The translations under genes and the position numbers were made by a program. DNA of 64,000 nucleotides from an uncultured virus (IMG/VR IMGVR_UViG_3300038312_000089). Lineage: Duplodnaviria > Heunggongvirae > Uroviricota > Caudoviricetes. The stretch lies in IMG/VR virus record IMGVR_UViG_3300038312_000089. One strand, given 5' to 3'. Shown here piece by piece: positions 48,572 through 58,709 of the stretch. The stretch's first letter is position 1, and each line of letters opens with the position of its first letter. Under the pieces are notes generated by a model, which was not told where the DNA came from, ran no database searches, and saw only the letters and a program-made list of their open reading frames with translations.

Positions 48572-49785
48572 GCAAGAAACAAGTAATCAACAAAGCAGTG
48601 ATAACCCCGATTCCAGCTGAGATGCAGCCTGGTGACAATAACTTTGTACTCTATTGGCCACCAATGGCGACAATTGGAACCATTAGCGTGGAAACGGCCA
48701 AGAAGCTGTCTACCGTTTACCGCTGCATGAATATCTTGAGCGACGACATTGCCGCTCTGCCCTTTCAGCAGTTTGAGCGGCTGGAAAGAGGCTCCAAAAG
48801 AGTCAAGCCAGATGGAGACAGCCGAAATGTGGCTTATTTGATTGAAATTGAGCCTAACAGATGGCAAACACCTTTTGTGTTCAAAAAACGGCTGATTTTG
48901 GACTTATTGGGCATGGGCAATGCCTATGCCTGGAGACCGGTTAGCACATACCCAGAAATCTATCACCTGGAAGCAAGCAAGGTACGGCCGGTGTTTGATA
49001 AGAAAGGCAACCGCTATTTCCAGGTGTTGTTTGACAATGGGGAAGTCAAAAATATCCCGGATCCCGAGATCCTGCAACTGATGATCAACCCGGATAAGCG
49101 GGGAATGTTTGGTAGGTCAGTGCTGGGATACGCGTCCGATACGATCAGCCGACAGATCGGGGCCAACAACTCGAGAAACACCCTGATGGGCAACGGACTG
49201 TTACCTACTGCCATTCTGAAGGTAAATGGTGCAATTGGGGAAGAAGCCAGGCAGAAGGTGAAAGACAGTTATCTAAAGTCAGCCACAGATGGTGTGATGG
49301 TGCAAGACAGTGCCATTGTCGATTTCAAACAGATCACGATGAACGCGTCTGATGTGCAGTTCCTGGAAAGCATCCAGGCGACAGAAGTTGAGATCGCGAA
49401 CTATTTTGGCTTGCCACAGTACAAGCTCAATTTAGGAAAGCAATCCTACCAGTCAAACGAACAGCAGCAGCTGGATTATCTAGGGACCACCTTGAACCCC
49501 TACCTGGTGCAATTTGAACAGAGTGCCAGGCTGAAATGGCTGGCAACTGAGGATCAGGACGCGGGATTCTTCCGCTTTGAGCGCAAAGCCCTGATGCAGC
49601 TGGACACGAAAACACAAGCTGAGTTTCTGCACACCCAAATATTGGATGGCATTTATTCACCCAACGAGGCCCGGGCTATCAATGACCTGGAACCCTACCC
49701 GGGTGGAGATCAGCACTACTTCCCTGGCAATATGGCAGTAATCACTGAGAAAGGGCTAACCATGCCCGGCAAGGAGACGGAATGA
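48568..49785 (+). CDS. HK97-family portal protein
   Basis: VYRC..ILSDDIA.LP, GNAY, SPNEAR..DL.P..GGD. Confidence 0.9.
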   Translation: MSKKQVINKAVITPIPAEMQPGDNNFVLYWPPMATIGTISVETAKKLSTVYRCMNILSDDIAALPFQQFERLERGSKRVKPDGDSRNVAYLIEIEPNRWQTPFVFKKRLILDLLGMGNAYAWRPVSTYPEIYHLEASKVRPVFDKKGNRYFQVLFDNGEVKNIPDPEILQLMINPDKRGMFGRSVLGYASDTISRQIGANNSRNTLMGNGLLPTAILKVNGAIGEEARQKVKDSYLKSATDGVMVQDSAIVDFKQITMNASDVQFLESIQATEVEIANYFGLPQYKLNLGKQSYQSNEQQQLDYLGTTLNPYLVQFEQSARLKWLATEDQDAGFFRFERKALMQLDTKTQAEFLHTQILDGIYSPNEARAINDLEPYPGGDQHYFPGNMAVITEKGLTMPGKETE

Positions 49786-50624
49786 AATTGAATTTGCAAG
49801 AGAAAACGATTCCAAATGAACACAGGCGCACCCTGGCATTTGATGCCGTGGGGAACGGCGAGGTGGAGATCTACTGCTATGGTGACATCATGGACAGCTA
49901 CTGGTTCTATGACCCGGTGCATCCACCTCTGGGGTATGTCACACAGGACGCGATGAAAGAAGCCCTGGACCAAGCGGGTGGGAAGCCGGTTCTACTGCGG
50001 ATCCATTCATCGGGTGGGGACATGATGGCAGCCAGCGCGATCAGGGCATTGCTGATGTCGTATTCAGGCAAAATAACCTGCCAGATCGACGGGTTGTGCG
50101 CAAGTGCGGCAACGTACATCGCTACTGCGGGGGCAAAGGTGGTCATGCAGGACAGCGCATTTTTCATGATCCATGACCCCTGGACGATCACGATAGGCAA
50201 TGTGGACGACCACCGGGTGACGATCAGCATGCTCAAAGAGCTGAAAAAAGGGATTGTTGAAGCGTATATGGCAAAAAGCACGCTTGAGCAGAATCAGATC
50301 GAAAAAATGATGGCTGACGAGACCTGGATGAGCGCACAGACTGCGCTTGAGAATGGTTTTGTAGATGAGATCATCAGCCAGCCGGCATCCGCAAGAGCAG
50401 CCGTTATGGCAAAGGATTCTCTGCCAGTGATGAATCACGCTTTGCAGGGATACCGGGAGGTGCCGGAAGCGGTGAAAAAAATGATGAATGTTACGGAGGC
50501 TCCGGCAACCAGCGTGCCGGAAGAAGTCACCGATACAGAGCCCGACCAGGGCGAAATTGAACGCGAGAGAGCCGTCCAGGCACTGCGCGAAAAATCCCAA
50601 AAACTCAAGGAGATGAGAATATGA
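49782..50624 (+). CDS. ClpP-like prohead protease
   Basis: IHSSGGD, ASAA, MIHDP, ETWMSA...GFVDEI. Confidence 0.9.
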   Translation: MKLNLQEKTIPNEHRRTLAFDAVGNGEVEIYCYGDIMDSYWFYDPVHPPLGYVTQDAMKEALDQAGGKPVLLRIHSSGGDMMAASAIRALLMSYSGKITCQIDGLCASAATYIATAGAKVVMQDSAFFMIHDPWTITIGNVDDHRVTISMLKELKKGIVEAYMAKSTLEQNQIEKMMADETWMSAQTALENGFVDEIISQPASARAAVMAKDSLPVMNHALQGYREVPEAVKKMMNVTEAPATSVPEEVTDTEPDQGEIERERAVQALREKSQKLKEMRI

Positions 50625-50989
50625 CCACATTCAAAAGTGCGTATGACCTGGCGCAAAAACGCGTGCAGGCCGTGAATGAAAAGGCTCAGGAGATTGAAAC
50701 CCTCCTGGCTGGCACCGAGGAAGACGTCAATGCTGCTCTGGCTCTTGAGCCCGCGCTGGACGAGGCTCAAGCCGAAGCACAAAAGGCGATCGACCTTTAC
50801 AACAAACTGACCAAAGCCGGCGATTTCGCTGATAGCACAGCCAGTTTGTTTGTACCTGTATCAGAGGCAGCTGCTGAAATTGAAGCAGCTAAAAGCACCA
50901 TGACCCGCGAGGAATTCGACGGGATGAATTTCAGTGAGAAGACTGCGTTCATGAAACGCGGTGGCAAAGTCACTGAAGAAAAGGAGTAA
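50621..50989 (+). CDS. Coiled-coil scaffold/delta-domain-like protein
   Basis: Helical; ends MTREEFDGM...AFMKRGGKV. Confidence 0.55.
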   Translation: MTTFKSAYDLAQKRVQAVNEKAQEIETLLAGTEEDVNAALALEPALDEAQAEAQKAIDLYNKLTKAGDFADSTASLFVPVSEAAAEIEAAKSTMTREEFDGMNFSEKTAFMKRGGKVTEEKE

Positions 50990-50992
50990 AAA

Positions 50993-52141
50993 ATGCCTGA
51001 TTCTTTAGCAAGTCTGTTTCCAACCCTTTATGCCGGCATCGCGGAGTTCCCGCGGCGCCAGTTTGGGATGATCCGCGCCGTCCAGGTGGATGGCCAACTC
51101 TCCCGAGCCGTGCTGGGTCAAAGTGAGGTTTGGGATGTACCTCAGGTGAGCGCTGCGGTCGACATCGAACCTGCTGCAACGTTGCCCGCACCTGCTGCAG
51201 ACGTGGCAAACCCGCTCACTTACAAAATGGCATACCGAAAGGGTGTGCGCATTCCGGTTACCGGGGAAGCTTCGGAAGCAATCGGCGATGCCGCTATGGC
51301 AACCCGCCGGCAAAACCAGTATCTGCAGGCATTTGACATGCTGGCAGCCGGAATCGAAAGTTACCTGGCAGGCGTGGCGATCTTGAATGCCAGCAGGGCT
51401 TTTGGCACTGCTGACACCGTGCCCTTCACAGCCAGCACTGTCAACATGGAATATTTCGCGAAGCTGTGGGGTATCCTGGCGACAAACGACCGGTCCACTG
51501 GAGAACTCTCCCTGGTGCTGAACACAGCGACTGCGGAGGCGATGCGTGCCTATATGGGCATGTTGTACAAAGCCAACGAGTATGGCAGCGACGAGATGAT
51601 GAAAAACGGCTACCTGACCCGGATCCAGAACTTTAACCTGTACGAATCCAACCAGTTTACCAAGCACACCAAGGGCACTGGTGCCAATTATGTTTTAGAC
51701 GGTGCTCACGCTGTCGGCGCGACCGCCATCAAGGTCAAGACCGGTACCGGAACCATTCTGGCTGGGGATGTGATCTCGATCGCTGACGAACCGTCCGGTT
51801 CGAAGTACGTTGTTACCAAAGGTATTGAGGCTGCAGGAACCCTCACGATCGGTGCTCCCGGTCTGCTGGGCGCGGCTGCTGATGGCAAAGCGGTGAGCAT
51901 CCACCAGTACACGCCAAACTTCGCGTTCAACCAGTCCGCCCTGGGCTTAGGCGCGCGCCTGCCTGAGATCCCGAAGGAAGGGGATGCTGCGATTGACGCG
52001 ACCAGCATTAAGGATCCTTACACCAACCTGGTGTTTGAGATTCGCCGCTATGCGGAGTATCGCCAGATTGTGGATGAAGTCTCGATCATGTACGGCGCAA
52101 TTGTTTTAGACCCAGAGGCAATCGCCATTGGGTTGAGCTAA
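50993..52141 (+). CDS. Major capsid protein (P22 coat-like, with insertion domain)
   Basis: Gene order; GTGTILAGDVISI insertion, PKEGDAAID, IKDP.T.L.FE. Confidence 0.75.
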   Translation: MPDSLASLFPTLYAGIAEFPRRQFGMIRAVQVDGQLSRAVLGQSEVWDVPQVSAAVDIEPAATLPAPAADVANPLTYKMAYRKGVRIPVTGEASEAIGDAAMATRRQNQYLQAFDMLAAGIESYLAGVAILNASRAFGTADTVPFTASTVNMEYFAKLWGILATNDRSTGELSLVLNTATAEAMRAYMGMLYKANEYGSDEMMKNGYLTRIQNFNLYESNQFTKHTKGTGANYVLDGAHAVGATAIKVKTGTGTILAGDVISIADEPSGSKYVVTKGIEAAGTLTIGAPGLLGAAADGKAVSIHQYTPNFAFNQSALGLGARLPEIPKEGDAAIDATSIKDPYTNLVFEIRRYAEYRQIVDEVSIMYGAIVLDPEAIAIGLS

Positions 52142-52347
52142 GGCCGTCATGGCTGAGGTGCAGTTTACACCCGTGACCAAGGATGGATATCGTATGGATG
52201 TCCATCCCGATGCCCTGGAAGCCTATCTCAAGGATGGATGGGTGGTCATGGAGACTACAAAACAGACGGGAGGTGGTCCAACTCTGAAGGACACCACCGC
52301 CGAGTCTGGCCAAAAGAAAGCGGCCAAAAAGGCTGAGGTGAAATGAA

Positions 52348-52653
52348 ATGAGCATCCTGACACCTACTGAAGCAGCGACGGTTTTACGCTGCGAAATAAA
52401 CGATCAAAACATGCTGGATCTGTTGCCGCAGGTGGACGCGCATATTGAAAACGCGACCGGCTGGAAGTGGACCGAGGATGAGGTGATCAACCCGACTGCC
52501 AAAGCGGCGGCCAGGATGCTTTTGGTGCAATGGCATGAAAACCCGGCACAGCTGGGATCTGAATCGGTGCTCAGCTTTGGTTTGAACGCGGTATTGCTGC
52601 AGCTAAAAGCAGAGGCAGTCCGCTTGAATGAGCTGCTGGAGCTGAGCACATGA
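52348..52653 (+). CDS. Head-tail connector (gp6-like)
   Basis: IENATG, AARMLLVQWHEN. Confidence 0.8.
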   Translation: MSILTPTEAATVLRCEINDQNMLDLLPQVDAHIENATGWKWTEDEVINPTAKAAARMLLVQWHENPAQLGSESVLSFGLNAVLLQLKAEAVRLNELLELST

Positions 52654-52994
52654 GAATAGGGAACGCGATTACCAACCCAGGAGAGCTGCGAACACAGATC
52701 CAGCTGGAAAAACGTACCTACCAGGAAGACACAGGGGGATTCAAGCAGCTGGTCTCGGGAGAGGTAAAAACGGTCTGGTGCAAGTGGACCAACGCCCACG
52801 GCGATGAAGCCTGGCAGGCTGACGCAGCAGGTGCTTCCAAAGCAGCAACCCTGCTTCTACGATATGTGCCTGGACTGGACGAAACCTGGCGTGTACTTTA
52901 TGGCACCCAAGTCTGGGAGATCCGATCCATCGACAACATCCGTGAACGGAACGAGTGGCTGGAGCTGAAAATCAGCAGGATCGGTGTGGGATGA
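52650..52994 (+). CDS. Head closure protein
   Basis: NPGELRTQI, IRSIDN. Confidence 0.85.
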   Translation: MRIGNAITNPGELRTQIQLEKRTYQEDTGGFKQLVSGEVKTVWCKWTNAHGDEAWQADAAGASKAATLLLRYVPGLDETWRVLYGTQVWEIRSIDNIRERNEWLELKISRIGVG

Positions 52995-53389
52995 AAGCGG
53001 ATTTGAGCATGCCCAAGAAACTGCAGGAGATGATGGAGCAGTTGACTGCCCTGGAAGCAGGCAGGATTGACGAAGTCGCCGGTGAAATGCTGGATGCCGG
53101 GGCTGACGTGGCTTTGAGCGGCATGCAGCGGCGCGTACCAAAGCGTACAGGCAGGCTGCATGACAACCTGAAAAAGGGTCAGGTCAAGAGGGATGGCAAC
53201 GTCTCGCACATCGAAATTGGGTTGATTGACGCCCCCGGTGATGTTGTTCGTTATGGCACTGTCCAAGAGTTTGGCTCCAGCAGTGTCAGTGCACAATCGT
53301 ACCAACGGGCTACGATGAAAGAAGACAAAAGCAAAATCACAAAGGCGATGAAGGCTGTGCTCGAGAAAGAGCTTGGAGAACTGGAATGA
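52991..53389 (+). CDS. HK97 gp10-like protein
   Basis: VPKRTGRL, QEFGSS. Confidence 0.8.
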   Translation: MKADLSMPKKLQEMMEQLTALEAGRIDEVAGEMLDAGADVALSGMQRRVPKRTGRLHDNLKKGQVKRDGNVSHIEIGLIDAPGDVVRYGTVQEFGSSSVSAQSYQRATMKEDKSKITKAMKAVLEKELGELE

Positions 53390-53733
53390 CGATCTGGCAG
53401 AAAGTGAACGATACCCTGGCTGGGTTGGGAATTAAGACAGCCAACAACCGGCTGACTCTAAAAACCGGTGAAACCTGGCCTGATCAATACATTACCTTCC
53501 AGGTGATCTCTGCCGGTCCAGAAGAGCATATTGATGACCACGAAACAGCACGGAGCCACCTGGTGCAGCTGAATCTGTGGTCACGGAGTGGATTTGAGAG
53601 TTTCCCTGATGTGGAAACAGCCATGCTGGCAGCCGGGTTTTACTTCCAGGCTGAAAGAGACATGGATTACAACGACAAAACTGGCCACTATGGCCAAAGC
53701 AAAGATTTCCTCTATTACGAGGAGAAGGAGTAA
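53386..53733 (+). CDS. Tail terminator
   Basis: Gene order; PDQYITF. Confidence 0.65.
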   Translation: MTIWQKVNDTLAGLGIKTANNRLTLKTGETWPDQYITFQVISAGPEEHIDDHETARSHLVQLNLWSRSGFESFPDVETAMLAAGFYFQAERDMDYNDKTGHYGQSKDFLYYEEKE

Positions 53734-53735
53734 CA

Positions 53736-54356
53736 ATGGCAATTGGTTCAGGAGAATACAAAAGCCAGATCGGGCTTGACAAGCTGTATTATGCGCCTAT
53801 CACCGCGGACGATGCCACCGCGTATACACCAGGCACACCAGTTGTGCTTGCCCCGGCAGCCAGCGCAAAGCTGAGCACGACCAAAAGTATCAATACTCAG
53901 TACGCGGATGACGGGGTATTTGATACCTCAACCGCAGAAGGTGAGACCAAGATTGAGATTGAGGTGACAAACCTGCCACTGGCAACCATCGCGGAATTGA
54001 CCGGAAGGACGCTGAACACAACCAACGGGATGCTGATCGAAGGCAGCGCAGCCAATGCGCCGGATTTTGCACTCAGTTTCAGGAGCAAGAAATCGAACGG
54101 CAAATATCTCTACATTCAGTATCTGAAGGGGAAGTTTGAGATTGGCGATGCCGAATTTCAAACCCTGGAAGCCAACCCGGCTCCCAAGCTGGCAAAACTG
54201 ACCTACACCGCGATCACAACGATCCACAAATTCACGACCAAAACGGGCGTGAGTGAATCGGTCAAGGTCACGAAAGTGGACGAAGACGTGTCCGCATCGG
54301 CTGCCCTGGTAGCAGGCTGGTTCACCCAGGTGAACGTGCCGGCGACGATAGTTTAG
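53736..54356 (+). CDS. Major tail protein (phi13-like)
   Basis: IGLDKLYYA, YADDG, FRSKKSNGK. Confidence 0.85.
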   Translation: MAIGSGEYKSQIGLDKLYYAPITADDATAYTPGTPVVLAPAASAKLSTTKSINTQYADDGVFDTSTAEGETKIEIEVTNLPLATIAELTGRTLNTTNGMLIEGSAANAPDFALSFRSKKSNGKYLYIQYLKGKFEIGDAEFQTLEANPAPKLAKLTYTAITTIHKFTTKTGVSESVKVTKVDEDVSASAALVAGWFTQVNVPATIV

Positions 54357-54371
54357 CTCAATCGACAATGA

Positions 54372-54396
54372 AGGGGCGGTCACGAAACCGCCCCCT
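54372..54396 (+). terminator. GC-rich hairpin after the major tail gene
   Basis: AGGGGCGGT-CACGAA-ACCGCCCC; no strong T-tract. Confidence 0.5.
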
Positions 54397-54407
54397 ACAG
54401 GAGTAAT

Positions 54408-54919
54408 ATGGAAAAGTTTGCTATTGAAATGATTTTGTACGATGAGGACAGTAAGCCAAAAGCAACCCACCGACAGAGCTTTGTGCCCTTCCGTCTGCTG
54501 AAAGAAGCAGTCAAGTTGCAGGAATATGTAAGCGAGCTGCAGGATCCGCAAAAAATGAAGCCGGAAACGATTGATAATCTGGCTGATTTCGTGGTGGCGT
54601 TCTTTGGGAACAAGTTCAGCAGAGAAGATTTGCTGGACGGCGCCGAGCTCTCGGAAGTAATGACCGTAATTAACCAGATTGTCACCAAAATCAATGGCGG
54701 TGCAAACCCTACCCTTCCTCCGGTGGAATAGAACCGGAGGATGATGAGCGGGATATGCTGGAGGTTCTGCTGGATATGCAGCTGACACTGATCCAAGTGT
54801 TTGGCTGGTCCCTGGCAGATATCGACCGGACAGATGCAGTGAGCCTTTTTGATCTGATGCGTCATATTGGCAGGAGCCAGGCGCCGAAGCCGGTTTTTGC
54901 TGATGAAGTGGAGTGGTAA
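54408..54919 (+). CDS. Tail assembly chaperone pair with probable -1 frameshift (G: 54408..54731)
   Basis: AAACCCT at 54704..54710; the -1 frame stays open to TAA 54919 (FGWSLADID...DEVEW). Confidence 0.7.
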
Positions 54920-54921
54920 TA

Positions 54922-57402
54922 ATGGCAGGTAGCGGAGATTCACTCAGCTCTAACATGTCGTTGGACTCAACCGATTTCAAGGCGGGGATTTCTGCAGCGA
55001 ATCGGGAGCTGCGGCTTTTGGACAGCGGTTTCAAAGCCAGTGTCGCCACGTTGGGAGATTGGTCTAAAAGCTCCGATGGGCTAAACCAGCGGATCTCAAC
55101 GCTCAATCAGGCGATTGGGGTGCAAGCGGGCAAAGTTAACTCCTTGCAAGAGGAGTACTCCCGCGTGGCAGAAGAGAAGGGAGCAACGAGCCGAGCAGCC
55201 CAGGAGCTGCAAATCCAGCTGAATAAGGAAACCGAAAAGCTGAACAAAATGTCTCTTGAGCTGGTTAATACCGAAAAAGCGCTTGATGATATGGGAAGTG
55301 AATCCCAGGACACCGCCAAAGAAACAAAAAAGGTCGGCGAGGAATCTAAGAAGGCAGAAAAGGAAGTTAAGACTTTTGGCGATCGGCTGAAAGACCTGGG
55401 AAAAGGTACCGCCTCTGTGCTCGCAGGTGTAGGGGATAAGTTGGCTTCGATTGGTAAGGCGGCTGGTATTGCAATGGGCGCTATCGTTGTTGCTGCCGGA
55501 GCAGCTGCTCTAAAACTGGGGCAGGAAGTCATCAAAGCTTACGCGGCGTATGAGCAGCTGGTTGGCGGCGTGGACACGCTGTTTGGAGAGTCATCCAAAA
55601 CTGTGCAGGCGTATGCCGAAAACGCTTACAAGACCGCCGGAATGTCTGCCAATCAGTACATGGAGACGGTGACAGGTTTTTCAGCCAGCCTTATCCAATC
55701 TCTGGGCGGTGATACCGAAAAAGCAGCGGGCATTGCTGACATGGCAATAACGGATATGTCGGATAATGCCAACAAAATGGGCACGGATATCGCGTCCATT
55801 CAAAATACATACCAAGGGTTTGCGAAACAGAACTATACGATGCTCGATAACCTGAAGCTGGGTTATGGCGGCACGAAAACAGAAATGGAGCGTCTGCTTG
55901 CCGATGCTGAGAAAATTTCAGGCATCAAATATGATATTTCGTCTTTCGCAGATGTTACAGAGGCAATCCACGTCATCCAGACTGAAATGGGGATCACCGG
56001 CACGACTGCAAAAGAAGCCACAGAGACGATATCTGGCTCAGTCTCCGGGATGCAAGCTGCTATCGCTAACTTAATGGCGGGTCTTGGAAACTCAGATGCT
56101 GATATCAAAACCTTGATCGGTAATGTGGTTGAGGGGTTCCAGAACGTGCTGAAAAACATTACGCCGGTTATAGAAAACATTGTGATGGCTTTACCTCCCG
56201 CCCTAGGTGGAATAATCACCGCTATTGGGGATCTGCTGCCAACGTTGCTCACAACGGTAACTGTTCTGTTTTCGCAGGTACTGACAACTATCCTTGCGCT
56301 GCTACCGGACTTGATACCAGCAGCTGTAGGTGCTTTGATGACCATCATCGGTGCCCTGGTTGACAATCTGCCGCTACTCATTGGAGCTGCTGTACAGTTG
56401 GTCACCACGCTTGTTGAGGGGCTAACAGCCGCTCTCCCGGAATTAATCCCAGCTGCGATTGATGCAATCATAACAATTGTCCAAGGGCTGATGGACAGCA
56501 TGCCCATGCTGCTCAACGCCGCCTTGCAACTGGTTATCGGGCTGGCATCAGGGATTTCGAATGCACTGCCACAGCTGATGACCATGATCGCTACAATAAT
56601 TCCTGAAGTGGTTGTCACTTTGATTAATAACCTCCCACTTCTGATCGGAGCGGCGATGCAAGTGATAACCGCCCTGATGAATGGACTAATCCAAGCTCTG
56701 CCCGTGTTGATTGGGTATGTGCCCGAGATCATCATCGCTATCGTCGGTGCACTTTTGCAATCATTACCAATGATCTTCGATTCCGGGAAACAAATTATTG
56801 ATAGTCTGATCAATGGAATTAAGAGCTTGTTTTCAGCACTTCGAGGTAGCGGATCGGATGCGGTCAAGAACCTCGTTGCTGGGATAGGAACATGGCTAAG
56901 CAAGATGGGCTCAAAGGCAAAGGAACTCATGACCAACTTCATCAATGGGATCAAAGGGTCTTTTTCGAACCTTAGAGAGATTGGAAAAAACATCGTTGAC
57001 GGTCTTTGGGAGGGAATAACGAATAGTTGGTCGACATTAGTTGCAAACATCAAAGCGAAATTTAAAGAACTCTTCTCTAATATCAAGGATTTGCTGGGGA
57101 TTTCATCGCCATCAAAGCTCTTCGCGGATGGAATTGGAGTTCCTATCGCCCAAGGTATCGGCTTTGGATTCTTGAAGGAAATGGACAATGTGGAGCGGTC
57201 AATGCGGATGACGATCGCAGGATTGATGCCGGCTGTGGAATCAACTATCCCCGGAGGAGGTATGCAACCTGCTTTTGCCGGCGTTGGTCAGGCGAGCGCA
57301 GTGGAAAGATCGCCAGTGATAATCAACGTCAACCCCAGCGAGCCGATTGATTATGAGCTTCTGGCCAACAAAGTGGCCAGAAAAGTGACGGAGGGCTGGT
57401 AA
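54922..57402 (+). CDS. Tape measure protein (phage B)
   Basis: QNYTMLDNLKLGYGGTK, amphipathic repeats, LGISSPSK. Confidence 0.95.
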   Translation: MAGSGDSLSSNMSLDSTDFKAGISAANRELRLLDSGFKASVATLGDWSKSSDGLNQRISTLNQAIGVQAGKVNSLQEEYSRVAEEKGATSRAAQELQIQLNKETEKLNKMSLELVNTEKALDDMGSESQDTAKETKKVGEESKKAEKEVKTFGDRLKDLGKGTASVLAGVGDKLASIGKAAGIAMGAIVVAAGAAALKLGQEVIKAYAAYEQLVGGVDTLFGESSKTVQAYAENAYKTAGMSANQYMETVTGFSASLIQSLGGDTEKAAGIADMAITDMSDNANKMGTDIASIQNTYQGFAKQNYTMLDNLKLGYGGTKTEMERLLADAEKISGIKYDISSFADVTEAIHVIQTEMGITGTTAKEATETISGSVSGMQAAIANLMAGLGNSDADIKTLIGNVVEGFQNVLKNITPVIENIVMALPPALGGIITAIGDLLPTLLTTVTVLFSQVLTTILALLPDLIPAAVGALMTIIGALVDNLPLLIGAAVQLVTTLVEGLTAALPELIPAAIDAIITIVQGLMDSMPMLLNAALQLVIGLASGISNALPQLMTMIATIIPEVVVTLINNLPLLIGAAMQVITALMNGLIQALPVLIGYVPEIIIAIVGALLQSLPMIFDSGKQIIDSLINGIKSLFSALRGSGSDAVKNLVAGIGTWLSKMGSKAKELMTNFINGIKGSFSNLREIGKNIVDGLWEGITNSWSTLVANIKAKFKELFSNIKDLLGISSPSKLFADGIGVPIAQGIGFGFLKEMDNVERSMRMTIAGLMPAVESTIPGGGMQPAFAGVGQASAVERSPVIINVNPSEPIDYELLANKVARKVTEGW

Positions 57403-58709
57403 TGGGATGCAGCTTAGTCTTTGTCTCTGGCAATCAACGGATTGATCTGAATGAGAGAGTTGGCCTGTTTTTGCAGGCTGGTTATGGTCCTACGGTTGAC
57501 GTTCATGCAAAAACGATAACGGAATCAGTTAAAGTGCAAATGCGCGGACCAATCTCAGCAAACATCCAAACTTTGAACCGCTGGTTCGAACGTGCCAGGA
57601 AAAAGGATCCCGCGTTGGATCCGGTTTACCTGGAATATAAAGTGGCAGAAGGCGAGACTGCCTGGAGAAGCCAAATTTATGATGGCGCCGTGACAGTTGA
57701 CAGTGCGATCAGCCGGGAGTACACCCGAGGTCGGGTAAATGTCGAGATCTCGTTTGAACGAGACCCGTTTTGGGAGGGTCCGGAAACAGTTTTGCCAATT
57801 GGGAATGTTAATGGTGGCACTCAGGCCAGGGTTTTTAATGCCAACGATGGTGCTGGAACAGTGCCCAATCAAAGGATCAATTCTGCCTATGTGACTGCTA
57901 ACCTGATTCAGGGTGATCTGCCAACACCAGTAAAATTGACCATCGAAAATTTGTACACGTATGATCTCGGACATTTGTGGATTGGAATGAACAATACCCG
58001 CCCCAACTGGAACACCGGTTGGATGCTTGAAGCGGAAAGCGCGATTGGTGTGACGCCCGTGAGTGCTGCAGGGGCAAGTGGCGGAGCGATCGCACAAGGG
58101 CAGCTAACCTATGGATCAGCTCAACCAATTTTGCGTTGGTCTATCTCGGACACGCTCATCTCAATGATGAGGGGGCAGCGTTTGAAAATGTTACTGCGCC
58201 CCTGGTACACCGGATCCTATTCGGAATTTAAGTACAGGCTTCGAATTGTCTCTGGAGGAACAACGGTATATGAAACCGACTGGCTGCGTGAATCGCAAAC
58301 CTACGCCAGGCATTGGCTGGATCTGTTTGACTTTCGCATGCCGCCCTGGCTGGAAGGCAAAGAGAACCTGGCTGAACTAACGCTTGAGTTGTGGGCAACA
58401 CCAACCAGAGCCGGCACCTGGACCTGGGCGTTTGATGACGTGATGCTTTTTGCTGAAGATGGTTTCGTGAACCTGGACACTTTAGTGGTTCCAGGAGGAA
58501 AACTGATCATTGATGGTGATACAGGTTGGAGTGAGGATGCAGCTGGGAAAAAGAGTGGGTTAAAGAAGATGATAGGCTCGCTGATGCTGGTGCCTGGTGC
58601 TTTCCATCTGTTTTATTTCGCACTGCATAGGGTGAACATGAACCAAGCGCCTGCCGATTTTCTGGTTGGAGTGAGCGGGAGTTATCGCCCGAGAAGGTGG
58701 CTATTATGA
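57402..58709 (+). CDS. Distal tail protein-like
   Basis: Follows TMP; DPFWEG. Confidence 0.6.
   Translation: MGCSLVFVSGNQRIDLNERVGLFLQAGYGPTVDVHAKTITESVKVQMRGPISANIQTLNRWFERARKKDPALDPVYLEYKVAEGETAWRSQIYDGAVTVDSAISREYTRGRVNVEISFERDPFWEGPETVLPIGNVNGGTQARVFNANDGAGTVPNQRINSAYVTANLIQGDLPTPVKLTIENLYTYDLGHLWIGMNNTRPNWNTGWMLEAESAIGVTPVSAAGASGGAIAQGQLTYGSAQPILRWSISDTLISMMRGQRLKMLLRPWYTGSYSEFKYRLRIVSGGTTVYETDWLRESQTYARHWLDLFDFRMPPWLEGKENLAELTLELWATPTRAGTWTWAFDDVMLFAEDGFVNLDTLVVPGGKLIIDGDTGWSEDAAGKKSGLKKMIGSLMLVPGAFHLFYFALHRVNMNQAPADFLVGVSGSYRPRRWLL

Noticed and set aside
53928..57188. Long minus-strand ORFs (53928..55106, 55863..57188; also 39551..40567)
   Set aside because: Antisense shadows of well-supported plus-strand genes, with no recognisable motifs
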